Part shown: in pieces, positions 1 to 10,014 of the stretch
Layout: every line of letters starts with the position of its first letter
Numbering within the stretch: position 1 is the stretch's first letter
Assembly (NCBI GenBank): GCA_020632795.1
Contig: JACKEV010000010.1
Location: 159,127-223,126 of the forward strand
From: Alphaproteobacteria bacterium
GTDB lineage: Bacteria; Myxococcota_A; UBA796; CAJQPC01
Direction: 5' to 3'
DNA: 64,000 bases
Notes under the pieces: model-generated
Told to the model about the DNA's origin: nothing
Database searches by the model: none
Seen by the model: the letters and a program-made list of their open reading frames with translations, nothing else
Made by a program: the position numbers and the translations under genes

Positions 1-53
1 GTGGTCACTGTGCCCGGGGCCCACGGGCGCTCCGACCTCCCCCAAGCGAGCCG

Positions 54-341
54 CTACGGCACCACGATCGGCCGCCGCCTCTGGTGGTACACCCGCACCA
101 CCCGGAACGCCTCCCCCGTCCGCTGGTAGTAGACCGCGTAGGCCCCGACCCGCCACTTGCGGACCTCTGCGCCGCTTCGCAGGGTGCAGACCGGCCCGTC
201 CACGATCGACGTCGAGAGTTGCTCCACGGCCTGGAGCAGCCGCGCGATCAGCCGACCGGCGGCATCCGGGTCGTCTTGCGCAACCCAGGCCCAGGCGTCC
301 TCCAGGTCGGCCAGGGCGCTCGGGGACCAGAGGACCTTCAA
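54..341 (-). CDS. parE: ParE/RelE-family type II toxin (plasmid-stabilisation toxin fold), ~95 aa
   Basis: The C-terminal part of ORF 54..596(-) reads LADLEDAWAWV...RVVRVYHQRR, typical of ParE toxins. A TTG start at 341 overlaps the upstream antitoxin stop by 4 nt (TTGA). The longer ORF upstream of 341 is Pro/Arg-rich and judged spurious. Confidence 0.5.
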   Translation of the reverse strand: MKVLWSPSALADLEDAWAWVAQDDPDAAGRLIARLLQAVEQLSTSIVDGPVCTLRSGAEVRKWRVGAYAVYYQRTGEAFRVVRVYHQRRRPIVVP

Positions 342-550
342 CGGCGGAGCCGATCCCTCCAGCGCGCCACGACCTCGTCCTGGGTGACGCCCTGGCCCGC
401 GTCCAGCTCGCGCAGGCCCTGCTGCAGCCCGGCGTCCTGGTCCGAGCTGAAGGGGGCGACGGCGTCCACCGGACGGATCTCGTACCGCCCGGCGGGCAGC
501 TTGCGCAGCTCGTCGGGGAGGTCTTCGCCGTTCCAGTTCAGGACTTCCAT
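338..550 (-). CDS. type II antitoxin partner of ParE (70 aa, Phd/ParD-like addiction-module component)
   Basis: Internal ATG of ORF 338..799(-) at 550 gives MEVLNWNGEDLPDEL...GVTQDEVVARWRDRLRR. It is small and acidic, its C-terminus resembles addiction-module antitoxins, and its stop overlaps the toxin start. Confidence 0.4.
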   Translation of the reverse strand: MEVLNWNGEDLPDELRKLPAGRYEIRPVDAVAPFSSDQDAGLQQGLRELDAGQGVTQDEVVARWRDRLRR

Positions 551-1188
551 AAGGAGAGCGTAGCCGTGAATGGGGGGTGGGTCCAGCCGAACCCACCGAT
601 GGAGGCCGGCGGCTGGGTCAGGGCGTACACGGCGCTGTGGCGCACGAGAGCCGCCGCAGACTCTCCCGACGAACTTGTAAGCGGGCCTTACAGGTTGCTC
701 CGGCCAGTTCCGACGGGAGGGGGTGGCGAGCAGGCCGCTGAGCAAGCCCGACCGACACCGCGAACGCAAACCCTGCGCCTCCTCCCGCTTGCGTTTCACA
801 TGCTGATTATGTCAATACAAGATAGTTGTTAACTACCGCCGCCCGAGAACGCTCCCCTCGGTCGTCGGCAATCCCCAAGGGAGCAAAGTGGGCCCGGCCG
901 AGCTGCAACTCGAACCGGGGTCCTCCAGACCGGCCCGGAGAAGGCTGAATGATGTTCAGCCATCCCCCTGAGAGAGGTCTCAGGACGCCGCCCGCGACGT
1001 CGAAGACGTCCGAAGTGTACCCAACCCCACGGTCTCCGTCCGCCCCGCCCGGACGCACGGGTCCCCCCGACGGCTGAGGCTCGACCACAGCCCTTGCTGA
1101 ACCGGCGCGCCCTCGGGTGCGCCGGAACGGCCCCGCTCGCCCTGCCGGGACGAGCCCCCAAAGACCCCCTTCAACCCAGAGACCCATC

Positions 1189-1482
1189 ATGTGTACCTTC
1201 GACGACTCCGCCGAGTCGCTGGCCGTGCAGGAGCTGTCCAGCCACGCGGTCAGCCTGCACGTCCTCGGCGACAGCCTGGACGCCGCCTTCGAGACCAACG
1301 CCCGCGCCGCCGCGGTCTACCGCGAGCAGTGGTGCCGGGGCGACCACGCGGATCCGCGCCCCGTGCTCGACGCCCACGCGCGGATGTGCGCGCTCATCGA
1401 CCACGCCCAGGCGCTGGCCACCAGCCAGAAGCGCGACCTGGATGAGCTGACCCTCGCGCTCGGGACGAAGCCCCGCGCCTGA
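1189..1482 (+). CDS. hypothetical protein (97 aa)
   Basis: Internal ATG of ORF 1117..1482 with high GC3 (MCTFDDSAESLAVQEL...). No recognisable domain. Confidence 0.25.
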   Translation: MCTFDDSAESLAVQELSSHAVSLHVLGDSLDAAFETNARAAAVYREQWCRGDHADPRPVLDAHARMCALIDHAQALATSQKRDLDELTLALGTKPRA

Positions 1483-1897
1483 CCACGGGCGGGGCGGGCG
1501 GCTTCGGTTCGCCCGCCTCTCCTCACAGGAGTTGTAATGCCCCCCGCCGTCAAGCGAAATCGTCACGGCCTGCGTGGCCCACGACAGTGGGCGCGGCCGG
1601 TCGGCGGCGCTGCGACGGCCAGGACCGCTGTGGCCCCAGGCCCGCCCCTCCCCCCCCAGCCACCGGCTTCGCCGGAGCGGGCTTCCCCAGCGGTCCTGGC
1701 CGTTGACGACGGTGGCATGGCCGACGAGCTTCATAAGCTCTTTGGTTTTATGGGTTTGGGTCACTTGTGGGTGCGCCAGGTTTCTAGTTTGGATAGGTTG
1801 AAGCTTGGAGGCAGACGACTGCGGAATCGAGGTCTTTCGTCCCTCGACGAGTTTGTCGCGGCGCTGCCTCCGTCTACATCAAGAGGTGGGCGGCCTC

Positions 1898-3097
1898 TCA
1901 TACTCGGGCTCGAAGGGCCTCCCGGAGCGCCAGACGGCGTAGATCTGCGCTGCGAACTTCCGCCCGGCCGCGCCACCGGCTGTCCTGCTCGACTTGCCCC
2001 TGCTCGACCTTGCGCCTGTAGAAGGCGCGGACGGGCGCGTTGAACTGCCTCGCGGTGGTCGAGGCGAGGAGGATCTGGAGGCGCAGCATTCGGTTGCCCT
2101 TGCGCACCATGCGCGTGCTGTAGCCCCCGTCTCCGCTGCGCTTCGACCCGGGGTAGAGCCCGCAGTAGCCGATGAACTTGTCGACCGTCGCGAAGCGGTG
2201 GGGATCACCGGCTTCGGCCAGCAGGACGGCGAGCGTGAGCTCTCCGACCCCTGGGATGGTCAGCAGAACGTGGTCCTGGCGTGCTCTCTCATGCGTGCGC
2301 CTGGATGAGCGACTCCAGCTCCTGGACGTCCTCGTAGCAGCGACGGATCGCGCGGGTGAGTTGCACGACCGTCTGCTGCACGATCCGCGACCAGTGTGGC
2401 TCAAGCGTCATGGTGGCCAGCTCCTGCAGCCGCTGGAGGTGTTTCAGGCGAACTCGGCCCCCTGGGAGTCCGCAGCTCCGCCAGGTCGGCCTCGGTGGCC
2501 GCCAGCAGCCGCTCAGGCGAAGGGAAGGCCTCCAAGAGCGTGCTCAGCCACAAGGGGTCTTCCCCGAAACCGGCGCGTGAAGCCGGGGAGCAGCTCGGCC
2601 AAGCGCCGACGAAGGCGGTTGAGCAGGCGCGTCCGCTCCTCCACCAGTGGCGGCGCCGCGTCCGCACTGCCATCGACAGCTCGCCGCAAGCGCTCCGGCA
2701 AGGCCTTCGGCGCTGGCCGGAACGTCCGCAGGTACTGCGCGATGTCGTTGGAGTCCGTGCGGTCGCTGCGAGAGCCCCGCAGCTTCCAGCTTCGTGAACT
2801 GCTTGATGGTCAGGGGTTGAGCTCCACCACCGCCACGCCGCTGCCCTCCAGCGCCACCAGCAGTGGCCGATGGTAGGCCGCTGTCGACTCGCAGCCCAGC
2901 AGCACCGGGCCCTCCAAGGGCTCGATGCTCCTCAGCAGCTCGGCAAAACCCTGCGGGTCGTTCGCGAGCGTCTGGCGGGGCCTCACGGGGCTCCCCGTGG
3001 CGTCGACGTAGACGACGTCAAGCTTCCTGCTGGCGACATCGACGCCGACGAAGGTGCGGGCGGTCTGCTGGACCGCGCTCACGCTCTCCTCGGTCAT
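1898..3097 (-). pseudogene. IS110-family transposase, disrupted (N-terminal DEDD domain 2810..3097, frameshifted middle, C-terminal Transposase_20 domain 1898..2404)
   Basis: N-terminal fragment has FVGVDVASRKLDVVYVD...; C-terminal fragment has IPGVGELTLAVLLAEAGDPHRFATVDKFIGYCGLYPGSKRSGD. Both are hallmarks of IS110 transposases, but they sit on at least three separate minus-strand frames (2810..3097, 2401..2673 / 2513..2701, 1898..2404). Paralogous to the intact copy at 14466..15713. Confidence 0.55.
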
Positions 3098-3349
3098 CGC
3101 TTCTCTCCTTCCTTCTGGGTGGGTGGCGACCCGGGGCTCCGGAGACGCCCACCCCGCCGCTGGCTACTGAATTGCGCAGTCGAAGCCGCATGTTGTAATT
3201 CGCGGGCGTGGGGTGGGCGTCCGGACCGAAACTCCATGACGCGGTCGTGCCGCAAGCCCCCGATTACGGGTGTCCTGGGACGCCGCACCCCACAAAACAC
3301 GTTCACGCTCTCACGGCCCGCCAGGGCCTTGGAGGCATAGTAGACCCCC

Positions 3350-4285
3350 ATGTCCCGCCCCAAGCCCGTCGCCCTGGGCGACGTCCGGCTCAGCGTCGTC
3401 CGAGGCCCCCGCGCCGACGGCCTCTGGTACTGGCGAGCCCGCCGCTCCGGCGCCCGCGACACCTTGTGGTCTGGCTGGGCCACCCGAGAGGAGGCCATCG
3501 CCCAGGCCGAGCGCCTCGTCTCCGATGGCCTGCCCGCGCCCGCGCCCCAGCTCCGCGCCGACACCCTCGCCGAGCTGTTCGCGACCTAGCACGCCCACCA
3601 GCACGCCCGCCACGACCTCAGCCCCGAGACCATCCTCAGCTACGACAAGGCCCGCCGACACCTCTCCGCGCTGCTCGGCGACCTCCCGCCTGACGCCCTC
3701 GACCGCCCCAGGGTGGAGGGCTACCGCAACGATCGCCTGGGCGAAGGTGCCTCGCCCCGGCTGGTCGCCCTGGAGCTGCGCGTCCTGCGCATCGCCTGGA
3801 TCTGGGCGGTCGAGGCCGGGCTCGTGCCGGACCGCCCGCTGCCCTCGGTCCGGGTGAAGGTCCAGGGCTTCGTCATCAACCACCGCACGCCGCGCCCCGA
3901 GGAGGTCGTGCGGGTGCTCGACGTGCTGCGCGGCGAACACCGGCTGGCCGTGCTCCTGCTCGCGACGACGGGGGCGAGGATCTCGGAGGTGGCCCAGCTT
4001 CGGCGCTGCGATATCCAGCCTCGGACGGGTCGGCTGACCCTGCGCGGTAAGACGGGCACGCGGAGCTTCCCCCTGCCCGAAGCCGTTCTCGCGCTGCTCC
4101 TCCCTCGCGCGGAGCAGACCGAGGCCCCGCTGCTCGCCATCGAGGGCCGACACCGCGCCGAGGCCATCCGCTCCGCGCTCCGGCGCGCGTGTCGCCGGGC
4201 CCAGGTCCCGCGCTTCACCCCGCACGGACTGCGCCGTATGGTCGTCGACCAGCTCATCCGCGCGGGCGTGCCCGACGGACCTGCG
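3350..4285 (+). pseudogene. tyrosine recombinase/integrase copy A, inactivated (in-frame TAG at 3587-3589; C-terminal catalytic region replaced by an IS66 insertion near 4275)
   Basis: ORFs 3350..3589 and 3713..4594 are in the same frame and together align residue-by-residue with integrase copy B (PKP..VRLS..GPR.DG.WYWRARR, LRGKTG, TPHGLRRMVVDQ). Similarity ends after RAGV, before the catalytic Tyr. Confidence 0.6.
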
Positions 4286-4286
4286 G

Positions 4287-4580
4287 TTGGGGTTCGCGGG
4301 GCTGGCGGGGCTGGTCCAGCAGGAGATGGGGCGGGAGCTGGTGTCGGGGGAGCTGTTCCTGTTCGTGTCGAGACGGAGGACGTCCGCGAAGATCCTGCAC
4401 TGGGACGGGACGGGGCTGTGTCTGTACAGCAAGCGACTGGCCGGCCGGCGGCGATTCGCGGCGCTGTGGGAGCGCGCGGAGCGCGGTCAGGTGCGGCTGA
4501 CGATGGCCGAGCTGGCGCTGTTCCTGGAGGGGGCAGAGGTCAGCCGGCGGCGAGCGTCAAGGTTGTCGATCATTCGCTGA
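4287..4580 (+). CDS. tnpB: IS66 Orf2/TnpB-like accessory protein, N-terminally truncated (TTG start)
   Basis: GELFLFVSRRRTSAKILHWDGTGLCLYSKRLAGRRRF matches the IS66 TnpB core (LF.F.NRR.D..K.L.WDG.G..L..KRLE.G.F). Confidence 0.5.
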   Translation: MGFAGLAGLVQQEMGRELVSGELFLFVSRRRTSAKILHWDGTGLCLYSKRLAGRRRFAALWERAERGQVRLTMAELALFLEGAEVSRRRASRLSIIR

Positions 4581-4597
4581 TTGTATTGCTTTAAATT

Positions 4598-6393
4598 GTG
4601 CAATTGGTTACATATGTGGGCATGAAGCCTGCGCCTGTTCGCTCCAACACCCCCGGATCTCCAGACTCTGCTGCGCGACCTCGCGGCCGCCGAGGCCCGC
4701 GCGGCGGAAGCCGAGGCGTTCGCGGACGCGGCGCGGCAGCGCGCCGACGACGCCGAGGCCCGCGCCGAGCTCCTCGACGTGAAGGTGCAGGCCCAGGAGA
4801 AGCTGCTCACCGCGTCGATGGCGCAGATCGCCTCGCTGACCCGTCGCCCTGGCCGAGGCGACCAGCCGCCCCTGAGCAGCTGGCCCTGGAGTTCGAGATG
4901 CGCGCGGTCCAGCGCCGGCTCGCGGATCTGCAGCGCGAGCGCTTCGGGCAGACCTCCGAACGGCGCGGCTGCCCCGAGGGGAGCCCGCCCAAGGCGAAGC
5001 CCGAGCCGAAGCCGAAGACGGGCCACGGTCCCACGCCCCAGCCGGACCTGGAGCGTGTCCCACAGATGCACCTGCTCGATCAGGCTGATCAGGTCTGCCC
5101 CGCTGCGCGCCTCCTCGTCCGCTGGAGCCCTGGGTCGGCAAGACCTCCGACGCCGAAGAGGTCACCGTCATCGAGCGCACGTTCCGGATCACGGTGCACA
5201 GACGACAGCTCTATCGCTGCGGGGGCTGTGGCCACATCGAGACCGCGCTGGGGCCGCCTCGGCTCATCCCCGGCGGGCGCTACGCCCCCGAGTTCGCCGT
5301 CGCCGTCGCCGCCGACAAGTACGTCAACGCCCAGCCCCTGGCCAGCCAGGTGCGCGAGATGGCCGACCAGGGGCTCCGCGTCACGACACAGACGCTGTGG
5401 GAGCACTTCCGGTCTGGAGGACCAGGCGCTCTACGTGCTGATGCTGCCCACCTACCTCATGCTCCAGAAGCAGATCCTCGATCAGGACGTCGTCTTCGTC
5501 GACGAGACCTCCTGGCGCCTCATGAAGAAGGGCGGCACCCGCCGCTGGTGCTGCTCCACAGCGGGGCTGGGCGCTCACCGACGGTCGGCGCGCCTTCTTC
5601 CAGCTCGCCCCGACCCGAGGCCAGGCTGCCGCCCGGGAACTCCTCCAGGACTACGACGGCGTGGTCATGGCCGACCGCTATGTCGTCTACGAGGCGCTGG
5701 AGAAGGAGCGCTCCCGCAACGGCGGCCAGCAGACTGTGCTCCGCCTCGACGACGACACCCCCCTGCTGCTCCCCACCCCGGACTACGACCTCGCCGCGTG
5801 CTGGATGCACGGACGCAGGGGCTTCGTCAAGGCCGAGCGGCACGGCGAGCCGGACGCCGACACCGCCCTGGATCTCATCGCAGAGCTCTACGCCGTCGAA
5901 GCCCTCGCCCGAGAGCAGGTCGCCGACATCGTCGACCCCGAACAACGCCAGGCCGCCCTCCTCGACGCCCGCCGTGTGCTCCGGGACACCCGCTCCCGGC
6001 CCGTCCTCCAACGCCTCCGCGCCTGGCTCGATCAGGTCGTCGCCGTGCCCACCCTGCCCCTCGACAAGGCCGTCCGCTGGCTCGACAACGGCTGGACCCA
6101 GCTCATCCGCTTCCTCGACGACCCCCGCATCCCCCTCGACAACGGCCTCGCCGAGCGCGTCATCCGAGGCGTCGTCCTCGGCCGCAAGACCTACGCTGGC
6201 TCCCGCTCCGAGAAGGGCGCCAAGCCGCCGCGGAGCGGTTGCTGCGCTCTTCTACAGCATCGTCGAGAGCTGCCGCCTGGAGGGCGTCGACCCCAGGGCC
6301 TTCATGAACGAAGCCGCCCGCCGAGCCCTCCTGGAGCGCGACGCCGCCTTCCTCCCTGAGGACTTCAAGCAGATGCTCGACGCCGACGGCTGA
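4598..6393 (+). pseudogene. IS66-family transposase (TnpC), multiply frameshifted
   Basis: IS66 TnpC motifs are spread across three frames. These are the leucine-zipper/RERFGQTSER region, CGGCGH zinc finger, VVFVDETSWRLMKKGGTRRW, ACWMHGRRGFVKA, DNGLAERVIRGVVLGRKTYAGSRSEKG and the C-terminal SIVESCRLEGVDPRAFMNE. The relevant ORFs are 4598..6307, 5194..6393 and 5661..6359. Confidence 0.6.
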
Positions 6394-6536
6394 GCTGGGC
6401 GGCTGAGGGCGGGGCGAGGTGGCCATCGGCCGGATGTAGGTCGGGGGACGGGCTCGTGGGAGGGGTGGTGGGGCGAGGATGTACGGAAGGCCAGCAACAC
6501 CGGGCCTTTGTGGACCCAGGAGGAGGGATCTCTGTC

Positions 6537-6887
6537 ATGACGACCCGAGCACAGCCGACGTCCGGCAACCGCTTCGTCCGCGCGGCCCGGCCCCGCGCGC
6601 GCACAGACGCCAGCGGCCAGCGCCTCCGCCGCCTGCACGTCCGCGCGGCGCTGTACGCGAGCCCCGAGACCCTCTGCACCGCCAAGGAGTTCGCCGGGGT
6701 GATGGTGCTTCGCGAGGCCACCGCCCAGAAGCTCCAGCCCGCCGGCTTGCGCCCAATGGGGCGCAGCAAGCGCGCCCCCTTTCGATGCTGGCTGGCCGCG
6801 CTCGACGGCGAGCCCGTCGTCCACGATGCCGTCCCCATCGAGCATCCCATACCCCAGCGCTCCAGGAGGCCGAAGCGCTCGACCTGA
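6537..6887 (+). CDS. AlpA/excisionase-family small DNA-binding protein (putative Xis for integrase B)
   Basis: Internal ATG of ORF 6456..6887. LCTAKEFAGVMVLREATAQKL...GRSKRAPFRCWLAALDG resembles the AlpA/Xis HTH pattern (T.KE.A...GVS..T...L...G..P.P.K.G.R...W....WL). It lies immediately upstream of the integrase. Confidence 0.4.
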   Translation: MTTRAQPTSGNRFVRAARPRARTDASGQRLRRLHVRAALYASPETLCTAKEFAGVMVLREATAQKLQPAGLRPMGRSKRAPFRCWLAALDGEPVVHDAVPIEHPIPQRSRRPKRST

Positions 6888-7097
6888 CGGAGCCTCACCC
6901 CCCTCGGCGGCCCCGCCCGTCGTTGACCCAAGGAGACACAGATATCCAAGAAGAACCGACCCAAGCCCGCCGAGGTCGGTGAGGTCCGCCTCAGCGCCAT
7001 CAAGGGTCCCCGCAGCGACGGGGCGTGGTACTGGCGCGCCCGCCGCAAGCGCCAGCGGGACACCCTCTGGACCGGCTGGGCCACCCGGGACGAGGCG

Positions 7098-8039
7098 ATG
7101 GAGACCGTCGCCCGCCTCATCGCCAGCGGCCTGCTGGAGCGGGAGGACCCCCGGCCCAGCACCCGCACGATGCACGATCTCCTGGACCTCTGGCTGGAAC
7201 AGCAGGAGCGCCGCCGGGACCTGAGCCCACAGTCCGTCAAGAACTACACCCGCTGCTGCCGTCACGCCGTCGCGTGGCTGGGAGAGCTTCGCCCCGACGA
7301 CCTCGGGCGGCTGACCCTGGAGCGCTACCGCAACCAGCGCCTGGGCGAGGGTGCGGCCCCCCGAACCATCCAGCAGGAGTTGATCGTACTGCGCATGGCA
7401 TGGCGCTGGGCCGGGGACGCCGGGCTCATCCCGGATCGGGCGCTTCCTTCGGTGAAGATCAAGGTCCAGGGCTATGTGGCGAATCACCACACGCCGAGCC
7501 CTGCCGACGCCGCGCGGGTCATCGCGCTGCTCGACGGGGAGGATCAGCTCGCCGCGCAGCTCCTGGCCACCACTGGGGCGCGCGTCTCCGAGGTCACCGG
7601 CCTCAAGCGCTGTGACGTCGACCCCCGGACCCGGCGGGTCACCCTGCGCGGCAAGACCGGGGCCCGGGTCTTCCCCCTGCCGGAGCCGATCTTCGCGCTG
7701 GTGGCCGATCGGATCGACGGCTCGGCGCGGCCGCTGTTCGACTGGACGACCTCTGTGCCGGGATCGCGGGTTCGTGTGGCGCTCCAGAAGGCGTGTCTGC
7801 GCCTCGGGGTGCCCGTGTTCACGCCCCACGGGCTGCGTCGCATGGTCGTGGACCAGATGATCCGCTCGGGCGTAGACGTCTCGACGGCGGCCAGCCTGAC
7901 CGGGCACAGCGTAGAGGTTATGCTGCGGCACTACCGCAAGGTCAGCGAGGCCGACCGGGTCGAGGCGGTGGCGAAGGCGGGGCTGGGGGTGCTGGGCGGC
8001 AAGGTCATCGAGGGGCCGTGGGCGAAGGCTGGGGGGTAA
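7098..8039 (+). CDS. tyrosine site-specific integrase copy B (intact catalytic domain: R..HxLRR..Y)
   Basis: GARVSEV, TPHGLRRMVVDQMIRSG and LRHYRKV motifs are present. The conserved N-terminal arm (KNRPKPAEVGEVRLSAIKGPRSDGAWYWRARR) lies in-frame upstream, from 6927, with no canonical start codon; it is AAG where copy A has ATG. The true start is therefore ambiguous (6927 to 7098). Confidence 0.7.
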   Translation: METVARLIASGLLEREDPRPSTRTMHDLLDLWLEQQERRRDLSPQSVKNYTRCCRHAVAWLGELRPDDLGRLTLERYRNQRLGEGAAPRTIQQELIVLRMAWRWAGDAGLIPDRALPSVKIKVQGYVANHHTPSPADAARVIALLDGEDQLAAQLLATTGARVSEVTGLKRCDVDPRTRRVTLRGKTGARVFPLPEPIFALVADRIDGSARPLFDWTTSVPGSRVRVALQKACLRLGVPVFTPHGLRRMVVDQMIRSGVDVSTAASLTGHSVEVMLRHYRKVSEADRVEAVAKAGLGVLGGKVIEGPWAKAGG

Positions 8040-8560
8040 GCGCCCGGCTGGATGAGCGTTCAGGATATTTTGTGTTCCATCGAGCCCTGACAAGCTCCAT
8101 TCTTTCAAGATCCCGGGATCCTGGTCTCTTGATCGTCCCGCTTCCACGGGCCAGACTGCCTGCAGCGGCCCGAGGCCACCGGGCAACGACTGGAGGACCC
8201 CGTGGACGAACGCTTCGCGTTCGAAGGCCTGCGCTGCGCCTTCGACGCCATCCATCGCTTCGCCGATGATATCGGCTACCTCGTGCTCTACGACCGGACG
8301 CCGCCCCGACGGGAGGAGGTGCTCGGGCGCCTCGACGTGGAGCGGCCTGGTCGACGCCTACGCGCGGAGGAGGTCTGCGCCTGGGTCCGGGACACCGCGC
8401 AGCGCAACGCCCTCGGGGAGGAGCGCTGTCGCTTCAGGCTCCGACTGAACGCCCCCAAGAGCTTGCGGCCGGTTGCCGGGCCGACGGCGGGCGCGCCCTT
8501 CGTCGTCGCGAGGGTGATTGGCCATCACGTCACCTTCGATGACGTGCCCTGGTCGGCCAG

Positions 8561-9496
8561 GTGCTCCAGCTCCCCGAGGCGTGGACGGGCGTGGCCCCGG
8601 ACGGCTCCTGCGAGCAGCCCGCCGAGGTCGCCGAGGTCAGCACCGCCCAGCAGCTCGGGCAGGCGGCGGGCGGCGCCTGGAACGCCGTCGAGGGCGCGGC
8701 GGGGGACTTCGTCAACACGGCCACCGACCAGAGCGCAGAGCTGTGGGCCTGGCTGTTCGGCGAGGACGCGGGGCCCGACCTGGGCGAGTGCGCCGGCCCC
8801 GAGGTGGAGCTGGAGACCCTGTTCACGAGCGAGCGGCTGAACGCCCAGCAGATCGCCGAGGCCCGCACGCTGATCGCTCAGCTCCCCGAGGCCGACCAGG
8901 GCGCCTGGTACGAGCAGCTCCAGGGCAAGGTGCCCTACCACAACCAGCGGAACAACGAGTCCCCCAACGAGGGGGAGAGCGGGGGCACCTGCAACCTCAC
9001 CGCGCTGGCGATGTGCCTGGAGTACCTGGGCGTGGCCAACCCCCGCCCCGAGATGCAGTTCGAGGACGCGCTGGACCAGCTCCGGATCGAGCAGAACCTC
9101 GGCCCGCTGGCGAGCTGGAACACCTGGAACCTGCTCGCCCAGCACCTGGGCAAGCGCATCGAGTTCCGCGACGCCGGCAAGCACGACCAGGCGTGGTTCG
9201 AGTCCACCCTGAAGGGCTGGCTCCAGGGCGATGGGGTGCTGTGCTCCATCGCAGGGCACGTCGTCCGCATCCAGGGCATGAACGAGGACGGCCTCGTCGT
9301 GGACGACCCCTACGGCCTCTCGATCCTCCGGCCCCGCTCCAACGGCAAGCCCTACTCCTGGGCGCCCAAGGGCCGGAATGGCTACAAGGAGCACGGCGTC
9401 GACGGCACCCACGAGACGAACCTGGGTGAGGACATGGTGTGGCCCTGGGCGGACGTCGTGAAGTACAACTTCCCCACCTTCGGAGTCGTCAAGTGA
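8561..9496 (+). CDS. papain-fold cysteine peptidase, C39-like (Peptidase_C39_2/BtrH-like) domain protein, 311 aa
   Basis: Catalytic Cys motif GESGGTCNLTALAMCLEYLG (G.C...LAM.L.Y.G) is followed by a His in SIAGHVVRIQG, giving the papain-like Cys-then-His order. GC3 is very high. GTG start; no signal peptide. Confidence 0.6.
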   Translation: MLQLPEAWTGVAPDGSCEQPAEVAEVSTAQQLGQAAGGAWNAVEGAAGDFVNTATDQSAELWAWLFGEDAGPDLGECAGPEVELETLFTSERLNAQQIAEARTLIAQLPEADQGAWYEQLQGKVPYHNQRNNESPNEGESGGTCNLTALAMCLEYLGVANPRPEMQFEDALDQLRIEQNLGPLASWNTWNLLAQHLGKRIEFRDAGKHDQAWFESTLKGWLQGDGVLCSIAGHVVRIQGMNEDGLVVDDPYGLSILRPRSNGKPYSWAPKGRNGYKEHGVDGTHETNLGEDMVWPWADVVKYNFPTFGVVK

Positions 9497-10014
9497 ACCT
9501 CCCCTACCCTGCTGCTCTCCTGCTCTCGCTCCTGCTCACCGGCTGCTCCGGGGACAGCGCGCCGCCGGCCCAACCCGCGCCCGCCCCCCAGGCCGCCCCG
9601 GTCGAGCCGGCACCCGCCCCGGCGGCTCCCCCAGCCCCGGACCTGTGGAGCGACGACTGCAAGACCTGGGCGGGCTTCGAGGTGCCGATCCAGGACAACG
9701 AGGGCATGGCCTCCGCGAAGCTCGCCAAGGATCAGCTGGCCGAGGGCCCCTGCAAGCCGGGCGAAGCCCCGAAGGGAGCGGACAGCTTGATCGTCGTCAT
9801 CGAGCACGCCAAGGTGGAGGACAGCAGCCCCCTGAACCGCGCCTACGAGCAGCGGGCTGAGGCCGCCGGCTGGAAGCGGACGAGCCCGCCCGATCACCTC
9901 CCGCGCTTCGAGCACGCTGACCACCCGGGGTGGGTGCTCACGATGGACGGCCACCTGGACGAGGAGGGCGGGGGCTTCCTGGAGCTGCACTTCATCGTCA
10001 AGCCGAAGGGGTGA
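9493..10014 (+). CDS. lipoprotein (173 aa), translationally coupled to the upstream peptidase
   Basis: GTG start overlaps the peptidase stop (GTGA). N-terminus VNLPYPAALLLSLLLTGCSGDS is a lipoprotein signal with an LTGC lipobox. Confidence 0.5.
   Translation: MNLPYPAALLLSLLLTGCSGDSAPPAQPAPAPQAAPVEPAPAPAAPPAPDLWSDDCKTWAGFEVPIQDNEGMASAKLAKDQLAEGPCKPGEAPKGADSLIVVIEHAKVEDSSPLNRAYEQRAEAAGWKRTSPPDHLPRFEHADHPGWVLTMDGHLDEEGGGFLELHFIVKPKG

Larger units (their letters stand above)
4275..6400 (+). mobile_element. IS66-family insertion sequence remnant (tnpA absent, tnpB truncated, tnpC frameshifted) nested inside integrase copy A
   Basis: TnpB-like and TnpC-like coding content. The left boundary is inferred from where the integrase A/B alignment breaks. 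The right boundary is approximate, just past the tnpC stop at 6393. No terminal inverted repeats were identified. Confidence 0.45.

Noticed and set aside
868-905. GGTTCGAG-like segment (ccggttcgagttgcagc on the minus strand) examined as a possible tRNA 3' end or att remnant
   Set aside because: No acceptor or T-stem complementarity and no CCA context. It does not fold as a tRNA. No convincing tRNA found anywhere in the window by eye.
6252-8255. 667-aa minus-strand ORF antisense to integrase B and the Xis-like gene
   Set aside because: Gly/Arg/Pro-rich low-complexity translation typical of antisense frames in 70% GC DNA. The sense-strand genes carry clear motifs.
8202-8840. Frame-0 ORF 8202..8840 as an independent 212-aa gene
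   Set aside because: Beyond about 8560 it overlaps the strongly supported peptidase ORF in another frame. Only 8202-8540 looks coding, so it is treated as a possible frameshifted N-terminal segment (see finding) and not annotated as a CDS.
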